Under the pieces are notes generated by a model. The model did no database searches. It was given only the letters and a program-made list of their open reading frames with translations, and was not told the DNA's origin. A stretch of DNA of 64,000 nucleotides, taken from Candidatus Ozemobacteraceae bacterium. GTDB taxonomy: Bacteria; Muiribacteriota; Ozemobacteria; Ozemobacterales; Ozemobacteraceae. The position numbers and the translations under genes were made by a program. Every line of letters begins with the position of its first letter. The stretch's first letter is position 1. This document shows, piece by piece, positions 57,337-64,000 of the stretch. Where the stretch lies: positions 128,001 to 192,000 of the forward strand of contig OZ223236.1 of NCBI GenBank assembly GCA_965140445.1, read 5' to 3'.

Positions 57337-58064
57337 TGATAATAACAAAGAATCTCTGCAAAGAATTTAATGGGCAGAAAGCGGTAACAAACCTCAATCT
57401 CAACATCCCGCAAGGAGCAATGTTTGGTTTCCTGGGTCCAAATGGAGCCGGAAAAACCACCACTTTGAGGATATTAATGGGGCTTTTGCAGCCTTCAAGC
57501 GGAGAAGCCATAATAGACGGAATAGATGTCTGCAAAAATCCAATTGAAGTAAGAGCAAAGGTTGGATATCTTCCTGATGAAATTTTTCTATACGACTATT
57601 TATCAGGACACCAATTCTTAGAATTCGTTGCTGACATACATAAAATTCCTGAAAGCACAAAAAACTCGAAAATAGATGAGCTATTGTCTCTTTTTGGACT
57701 CGAAAATGCTGCTGACGAATACACCGCCAATTACAGTTTTGGAATGAAGAAAAAACTAGCTTTGGCGGGAATAGTAATCCATAACCCTCCAGTTTTACTA
57801 CTGGATGAGCCATTTAACGGGCTAGACCCACAGGCTACCAGAGACTTTAGAAACCTCCTGATAAACATGGCAAAATCAGGAACCACTGTTATCTTTTCGA
57901 GTCATGTTCTTGAAGTAGTGGAAAAACTTGTTACCCATGCAGGGATAATCTCTCGAGGCGAGCTGAAAATTCAAGACAGCATAGAAAACTTTTCGAAGAA
58001 ATTTTCCAGCCTGGAAAAAGCCTTTTTCAAATTCACAGAAGAACCTTCAGACAGGCAGGCCTAA
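57336..58064 (+). CDS. ABC transporter ATP-binding protein
   Basis: GPNGAGKTT, YSFGM signature, LLLDEP, SSH. Confidence 0.93.
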   Translation: MIITKNLCKEFNGQKAVTNLNLNIPQGAMFGFLGPNGAGKTTTLRILMGLLQPSSGEAIIDGIDVCKNPIEVRAKVGYLPDEIFLYDYLSGHQFLEFVADIHKIPESTKNSKIDELLSLFGLENAADEYTANYSFGMKKKLALAGIVIHNPPVLLLDEPFNGLDPQATRDFRNLLINMAKSGTTVIFSSHVLEVVEKLVTHAGIISRGELKIQDSIENFSKKFSSLEKAFFKFTEEPSDRQA

Positions 58065-58067
58065 CAC

Positions 58068-59474
58068 TCAGGAAGACGGTCTTTTTTTCCTTAGTCTTAC
58101 TCTCACTGCCTTTTCCACGGGAGCATCGGACAAACCGACAATCGATTTAGTTTCAAAAAGAACATCCAACCCCTCTTCAAGGCAATTCATTAATTCCTCT
58201 GACAAAGCTGAAAATGGAAACAAAATCTCTTTTCCGTCAAAGGATTTTATTATTCCGACCTTTTTGTCAGAATCAAATCTTAAAATTTTCCCGGGCATGG
58301 TATCGGATTCAGAAGAAACAGCCAATCGCTCAACGCTTACAGCAATTGGACTCATCTTATCTTTCACAACCCCAAAACGAACCGGATCGCCTTTTTTAAG
58401 CAACTCTTGATCTTCTGGTTTGATAGCAGAATAATGCAAAAGAACTTCTGGGTATTCAGGACAAGTCAGAGTTCCAATCCCGGTTTCATTGTTATACCAT
58501 TTCACAGAGCCTTCTACTACGGCGTCAGGGCAAGGATCGTATATCATTTCTTCGACGGTTTTTCCTATTTCTCCGCGAATAGTTTCAATTTGCACAATTA
58601 ACTGCTTCACTTCTGTCTGGTCGGGATTACTTTTAAGGCTGTCCTGCAAAGTTTGCACCGCCATTCCCAATAAGCGTCTTTTGAAGTAAACCAGGCCAAG
58701 ATACAGTAAAGATGAAGAATCACCAGGAATCATCCGAAGTGCTTCAAGAAGGTGCTTCTCAGACTCTTCATACAGTTCAAGCTCATATAAAACAGCACCA
58801 ACCTCTCGATGATAAGAAGCCTGATATGGATATCTTTTTATCAATTGCCTATAGATATCTAACGACTCTTCAAACCAATTCATTCGAGAATATATATCTG
58901 CCAGCTGCTCCATTGATTCCACATTTCTCGGATCAATCTCAAGTATTCTCTTAAACTCTTCTGCGGCATCTAAGAAGTGGGTTTCAGCTCTTTCTTCATC
59001 ATGCTTCAATCGATAAATCTCTCCGAGATATCGATGGAAAAAACCAGGCCTGATACCAACCTGGAGCCCCTGCTGAAAACATTTTATTGAGCTGTCGTAA
59101 TCCTCAATCAAGCGGTAAGCAAGTCCAAGGGTTTCAAAATAATCGGGTTCTCCAGGATTTTGCTTCAGGCAACTCAAAATGCCCTTAATAGCTTCTTTGT
59201 ATTTTCCTTCATTCAGTAGTTCTACTGCATTGGAAAAGTCTACATCCACTTTTTCGAGAAATTTTTCAAGTTTATTGTCATACTCGGCTTTTTTTTCGTC
59301 ATCTGCAAATAAATCAAAAGCATCTTTTAATTCCTTTAGCTTAGGAATATTTGCCAATGGCGAGTCTGAAGAAAACAATTCAACATGCTTCTTTTTATAA
59401 GCAGTTGCACATTCTTCAAATGAAGCGAAGTTTTCAACCCCAAGTAGCCGATAATAGTTCTGCATCCAGTACAT
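58068..59474 (-). CDS. J-like domain + TPR repeats + two cold-shock (OB) domains
   Basis: NYYRLLGV...AYKK...AFD...KKAEYD without HPD; TPR repeats; GSVKWYN...LLHYSAI...GDPVRF and GKILRFD...FPFSAL...GLDVLF. Confidence 0.8.
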   Translation of the reverse strand: MYWMQNYYRLLGVENFASFEECATAYKKKHVELFSSDSPLANIPKLKELKDAFDLFADDEKKAEYDNKLEKFLEKVDVDFSNAVELLNEGKYKEAIKGILSCLKQNPGEPDYFETLGLAYRLIEDYDSSIKCFQQGLQVGIRPGFFHRYLGEIYRLKHDEERAETHFLDAAEEFKRILEIDPRNVESMEQLADIYSRMNWFEESLDIYRQLIKRYPYQASYHREVGAVLYELELYEESEKHLLEALRMIPGDSSSLLYLGLVYFKRRLLGMAVQTLQDSLKSNPDQTEVKQLIVQIETIRGEIGKTVEEMIYDPCPDAVVEGSVKWYNNETGIGTLTCPEYPEVLLHYSAIKPEDQELLKKGDPVRFGVVKDKMSPIAVSVERLAVSSESDTMPGKILRFDSDKKVGIIKSFDGKEILFPFSALSEELMNCLEEGLDVLFETKSIVGLSDAPVEKAVRVRLRKKRPSS

Positions 59475-59617
59475 TCGTCCCCTGTGAATTTCAGTTGTAA
59501 ATTGTAACTTTTAATGAGAGTTTTAGCAAGATTGGTCCAGATTAATAACAGCTTTTTTTTTCTGTCCAACCTTAGCCCTTGAAATAGTCATGTCCTGTGG
59601 GGTAAATTTGACCGCCT

Positions 59618-60721
59618 ATGAAAAGAATAATTAAAACTATTGATAAGTATATGCTAAAAGAACTCCTTGAGCCTTTTCTTTTTGGCATGGCTTTTTTCGT
59701 TGCCATCTGGTTGATAGATCTAATGATGGAATTAATCAATCTTATTTTCTCAAAGGGCGTACCAGTAGACGTAGTATTTTTGTTTTTTGTTTACAGTCTT
59801 CCCCCAACACTCGTTATAAGTTTTCCAATGGCAATTCTGCTATCAAATCTTGTTGCCTTTGGTCGCTTATCGTCAGATTCAGAAGTAATTGCTTTAAAGG
59901 CAGGGGGATATAGCTTTACCAGGATCGTGGCTCCAGCAATAGCCGCAGGACTTTTCATAACGGCTTTAACCTTTTTATTCAACGAAAAGCTGGTCCCAAT
60001 CGCCAATGAAAAATTTACCAGGCTATTTAGACGCGAAGTAACGTTAAAACGCCCGCTTCCCAAGATAGCTGAAAACCGTTTTTTTGAAGCTGGGCCTGGG
60101 AGAAAATTCTATGTTCGCAAATTTAACCCGGAAACAAAAGATATGTTCGGGGTCGTTATGTATGAAGGACAACCCAAAGACTTTCCCAGAATCATCGAAG
60201 CAGAAAAAGCCAGATTGGCGGACGGAGTTTGCTCATTTTGGGACGGGCGAATTTCCGATATCCACAAGAGCGGTGAGGATAAGCACTATACATATTTTGA
60301 GTCAATGGAATACCCCATAGACACCCATTACGTAAACCCTGATCATGTTCCAGACTCAAAAAGCGCAAGAACGATGAGCCTATACGAACTGTATAATTTT
60401 ATTAAAGATTCAGAGAAAAAAGGCATGTCTGAAAAGATTCTAACCCAGCACTGGATTGAGTTCTGGGCTAAGTCATGCATTCCATTTGCCAGCCTGATTT
60501 TTGTTCTTATCGGAGCCCCACTTGGTTCACAGACAACCAGATCAGGCACTGGAATAGGAATAGGAATGTCCGTAGTTATTATTTTCCTGTATTATATTTT
60601 GTTTGCCGCAGGAAAAGCGTTTGCTAAAGGTGCATTTCTGCCTCCATTCTTTGGGGTTTGGCTCCCCAATTTTATTATCGGTGGAATTGGCATATGGCTA
60701 ATTTTCAAATCCAAAGATTAA
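59618..60721 (+). CDS. LptF/LptG family LPS export permease
   Basis: IDKYMLKE, GRLSSDSEVIALKAGG, PFASLIFVLIGAPLG, WLPN. Confidence 0.92.
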   Translation: MKRIIKTIDKYMLKELLEPFLFGMAFFVAIWLIDLMMELINLIFSKGVPVDVVFLFFVYSLPPTLVISFPMAILLSNLVAFGRLSSDSEVIALKAGGYSFTRIVAPAIAAGLFITALTFLFNEKLVPIANEKFTRLFRREVTLKRPLPKIAENRFFEAGPGRKFYVRKFNPETKDMFGVVMYEGQPKDFPRIIEAEKARLADGVCSFWDGRISDIHKSGEDKHYTYFESMEYPIDTHYVNPDHVPDSKSARTMSLYELYNFIKDSEKKGMSEKILTQHWIEFWAKSCIPFASLIFVLIGAPLGSQTTRSGTGIGIGMSVVIIFLYYILFAAGKAFAKGAFLPPFFGVWLPNFIIGGIGIWLIFKSKD

Positions 60722-60749
60722 TTTACTTTCTACGTCAGAGGAGCAATAA

Positions 60750-62516
60750 ATGAAAAAGAAACTCACAGCATATATAAACACATGTCTTGAACCACTTCTG
60801 GCGAAATATGGCATTGAAGAAAAGCAAAATTTTGATGTCCAGATTCCTCCGGACACAAGTAAAGGTGATTTCGCATTAAATGCGGCCATGAAGCTGGCCA
60901 AGCCTGCAAAATGCCCTCCAAGAAAGTTAGCGGAAGAAATTTGCGATTTATTGGGAAAAGACGACTTCTGGTTTTCCAAAATTGAAATTGCGGGGCCGGG
61001 ATTCATTAATCTGTTTGTAAAAAAAGATGCTATAGAATCTGTTTTTAACGATTTCAAAAAATCTGAAGACTTTGAACTTTTATCCGAAAAGCCAAAAGAA
61101 AAGGTAATTGTAGATTATTCAAGCGTAAATATTGCAAAGCAAATGCATGTTGGGCACTTACGCTCCACAATTATTGGCGATGTGTTATCAAGAACAATTG
61201 AAGCTCGAGGTGACATGGTAATAAGACAAAATCACCTTGGAGACTGGGGGCTGCCTATGGCGATGGTGCTTTGGAAAGCCGCTCCAATAATCGACAAGGC
61301 TGAAAATGAAGGCAAAACTGCAGAGCAGGTTCTCGACCTTCCTTCACTAGAAAGTCTTTACAAAGAAGCTACTGCGGAATGCAAGAGCAATCCTCAAGCG
61401 GCAGATGAATGTCATAAGTTTCTGGTGGACCTTCAACAGGGTGACGCAAACCTCATCGACAAGTGGAAGCAGATTACCAAGATTTCCATGAAGGAAGTTT
61501 ATAGAATTTATGGACTTTTGGACGTAAAACTGAAAGAGGAAAATGAATGCGGTGAAAGTTTTTATCGCGAAATGCTTGCTGAAACTGTAGATTTGATTGA
61601 AAAAAGCGGAAACTTGACCGAATCAGAAGGTGCAAAATGCGTTTTCATGGAAGAATTTAAAGCAAAAGACGGAAATCCGCTTCCAGTTATTGTTGTAAAA
61701 TCTGACGGTGGTTTCAATTACGGCACTTTTGATCTTGCAGCTTTGAGACATAGGACACATAAGCTTGAAGCGGACAGAATTATCTATGTCACCGATGCGA
61801 GACAAGCGCTTCACTTTAAACAAGTCTTTGCTGTGGCAAGGAAATGTGACCTTTTAAAATCACCAGATGTTTCTCTGGAACACGTAACCTTTGGAACAAT
61901 TCTTGGTGACGACAACAAGCCACTAAAAACGCGAAGCGGTGAAAATGTAAAACTTTCTGAGTTACTGGACGAAGCAATTGCCAAGGCATATCAGGTTGTC
62001 CAGGAGAAAAACCCCGGCTTGTCAGAAGAAAAGAAAAAATCAGTTGCTCAGATAGTTGGCATTGGAGCTGTAAAGTATGCGGATCTTTCTCAAAACAGAA
62101 ACAATGACTACGTATTCTCTTTTGATCGCATGCTTGCTTTAAACGGCAATACTGCCCCATACCTTCAATATGCGCATGCCAGAATTTGCTCTATATTCAG
62201 AAAAGGTGGACTTGATCCAGAACAGATAAACCATGAGGTGCTAATTTCTCAAGAAGAAGAAAAAAACCTCATTCAAAAACTAATGGAATTTCCTCTTGTA
62301 GTAGAAGCAGTTTCAACTGATCTACGCCCACACGCCCTATGCAACTTTCTTTTTGAGCTTGCCACATCATTCTCATCATTCTATGACAAGTGCCCTGTGC
62401 TGATTTGCGAAGATGAAAAACTAAGAAACTCAAGACTTTCGCTATGCAATGTAACCAGAAAAGCTCTGGCAAGAGCCTTAAGCCTACTAGGCATAGCTGC
62501 TCCACAGGAGATGTAA
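60750..62516 (+). CDS. argS: Arginine--tRNA ligase
   Basis: VDYSSVNIAKQMHVGHLRSTIIGD, GDWG, KTRSG, GNTAPYLQYAHARI, terminal EM. Confidence 0.97.
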   Translation: MKKKLTAYINTCLEPLLAKYGIEEKQNFDVQIPPDTSKGDFALNAAMKLAKPAKCPPRKLAEEICDLLGKDDFWFSKIEIAGPGFINLFVKKDAIESVFNDFKKSEDFELLSEKPKEKVIVDYSSVNIAKQMHVGHLRSTIIGDVLSRTIEARGDMVIRQNHLGDWGLPMAMVLWKAAPIIDKAENEGKTAEQVLDLPSLESLYKEATAECKSNPQAADECHKFLVDLQQGDANLIDKWKQITKISMKEVYRIYGLLDVKLKEENECGESFYREMLAETVDLIEKSGNLTESEGAKCVFMEEFKAKDGNPLPVIVVKSDGGFNYGTFDLAALRHRTHKLEADRIIYVTDARQALHFKQVFAVARKCDLLKSPDVSLEHVTFGTILGDDNKPLKTRSGENVKLSELLDEAIAKAYQVVQEKNPGLSEEKKKSVAQIVGIGAVKYADLSQNRNNDYVFSFDRMLALNGNTAPYLQYAHARICSIFRKGGLDPEQINHEVLISQEEEKNLIQKLMEFPLVVEAVSTDLRPHALCNFLFELATSFSSFYDKCPVLICEDEKLRNSRLSLCNVTRKALARALSLLGIAAPQEM

Positions 62517-62517
62517 A

Positions 62518-64000
62518 ATGACCAGATGTCCAAAGTGTAATTCAAATAGTGTGTCAGGCAGATACTGCGGTAAATGCGGTGCTTCAACAGAAGCAGATAC
62601 ATCAAAAAAACAAGAGGCTCTATTAAATCAGCTTCCAGACTTGGACATAGAAGAAACCATCTCAGAACCGTCACAAACACAAAATCATTCGGCCTTAATA
62701 GAAGAGCTCGAAAACAAGCTAAAAAAAGACCCTGCAAACGTAAATAATTATCTGGAGTTAGGTAAAGCTCAGCTTGCCGCGGGAAAACTGCAACAGGCAT
62801 TTTCAACTTACAGGGCTTCGAAAGCTATTGCCCCGGAAGAGATTGAATTATACAGGCTGGGAGCGAAAATCCTGACCGCCCAAAACAAACGCGAAGAGGC
62901 TATTTCGGCCTATAAAAAAGTATTAAAAGCCAGACCTGATGATATGGAAGCTATACTGTGCTCTTCTGAACTGCTCTATGACACTGGGAAGAAATCCGAA
63001 GCACTATCCTATCTACAAAAATTGAAGGAAAATGCCACTTCTAATCCAGAAATACTTATCAAAATTGCACAAATTCATCTAAGTCTTGGCAACCCTTCTC
63101 AGGCACAGGAAGAATTATCCCAATACAGGAAGCTCGCTGGCAACAATAGAGAAATGTATCTTCTGATGGGTAAAACCATGTTAACCAGACAATTCTACGA
63201 TGGAGCGATAAAAAACTTCTCAGAAGCCATAAGATCCTTCCCAAAAGATCCTGAAATGCGACTGGGGCTTGGAAAGGCCTACCTTGGCATGAATGAAAAG
63301 GGAAAGGCCATACTGGAATTTGAACAAGCATTAAACATGAGTCCAAACAATCAGAATATCCTTCTGGAGCTAGGAAAGCTTCAAAGCAATATGGGAATGA
63401 CTGATCAGGCTGAAGCGACATTCCAGAAAATTGAAAAATCTCACAATCAAAATGGTGAAATATTTCTTGAGCTGGGAAAGCATTTTATTACATCTGCCAA
63501 CTTCCCAAAAGCTCGCTATTATCTTCAAAAAAGCATAGAGCTTAGCCCCTACAATCAAGAAATACTTGAAACCATGGGAAGTGTCTTAGAAAAGATGAAG
63601 CTCTTTAAAGAAGCATTAGAGCTTTACACTGAATCGGTTCAAAACAACAACAGACTCCCATGGGCCCACAGGGGAATAATAAGAACAGCTGAAAAGTGCA
63701 AAGATTTTGAAAGCGTTGCAATCTCTCTTGAGGCTCTTACAAAAATAGAGCAGCCAACCGCAGATACATGGTGTGACCTTGGCGAAGCACTAATTAAAAC
63801 AGGTGAGTTTGACAAATCGCAAAAAGCCTTTGAAGCTGCCGCAAAACTCGACCCCACAAACACGCGAGCATATCAAGCCCCTGAACTAATAAAAATAGAG
63901 AAGGCGCGAAGCGAAGGGCAAAAACTCGCGACACAAGGCAAAGAAGCAATGGAAAAGCGCTTTTTCTTAACTGCCTCAGAAAGGCTAAAAAAGGCGCTGG
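62518..64000 (+). CDS. Zinc-ribbon + TPR repeat protein, 3'-truncated by window edge
   Basis: ATG at 62518 right after the argS stop: MTRCPKC...YCGKCG then many TPRs (YLELGKAQ...); absent from the ORF track because no stop falls in the window. Confidence 0.85.
   Translation, partial: MTRCPKCNSNSVSGRYCGKCGASTEADTSKKQEALLNQLPDLDIEETISEPSQTQNHSALIEELENKLKKDPANVNNYLELGKAQLAAGKLQQAFSTYRASKAIAPEEIELYRLGAKILTAQNKREEAISAYKKVLKARPDDMEAILCSSELLYDTGKKSEALSYLQKLKENATSNPEILIKIAQIHLSLGNPSQAQEELSQYRKLAGNNREMYLLMGKTMLTRQFYDGAIKNFSEAIRSFPKDPEMRLGLGKAYLGMNEKGKAILEFEQALNMSPNNQNILLELGKLQSNMGMTDQAEATFQKIEKSHNQNGEIFLELGKHFITSANFPKARYYLQKSIELSPYNQEILETMGSVLEKMKLFKEALELYTESVQNNNRLPWAHRGIIRTAEKCKDFESVAISLEALTKIEQPTADTWCDLGEALIKTGEFDKSQKAFEAAAKLDPTNTRAYQAPELIKIEKARSEGQKLATQGKEAMEKRFFLTASERLKKAL

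Noticed and set aside
62269..63863. Several short minus-strand ORFs near the window end
   Set aside because: Shadows of argS and the plus-strand TPR gene starting at 62518

Overview
AT-rich bacterial chromosomal segment with about 50 protein genes. I found no rRNA, tRNA, CRISPR array, integrase or transposase. The host is diderm (LptF/G permease, beta-barrel proteins ending in Phe) yet uses SLH domains; the gene style suggests a candidate lineage such as Ca. Riflebacteria, which is an unverified impression. In order, the window holds: the end of a type IV pilin-like cluster; an ECF sigma/zinc-FecR anti-sigma locus behind an ECF-type promoter; dienelactone hydrolase; corA; a HAAS(DUF1700)-PadR pair with a long palindromic operator; an ANT(6)-family adenylyltransferase; asnB plus glycosyltransferases; an ErcS-like hybrid kinase; flavodoxin; a stand-alone lysine-ketoglutarate reductase; radical SAM; phospholipase D; a DUF2339/DUF3999-like pair; a probable unannotated 6S RNA; an MCP with a separate Cache protein; an EF-hand repeat protein behind a sigma28-like promoter; a degenerate TagO-TagA fusion near two tandem SLH-porin (OmpM-like) paralogs, one split by two +1 frameshifts and preceded by a ~260-nt structured leader; ADP-ribosylglycohydrolase; a frameshifted PdeD/PdeE-like MBL-cNMP phosphodiesterase; lipoate ligase; HD hydrolase; ABC ATPase; a J-like/TPR/double cold-shock protein; LptF/G; argS; and a zinc-ribbon TPR gene running off the end. 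The best candidates for undescribed biology are the SLH-porin/TagO-TagA envelope locus and its leader RNA, the cNMP-PDE + ADP-ribosylhydrolase unit, and the J-TPR-CSD protein. All family calls come from motif recognition, not database searches.
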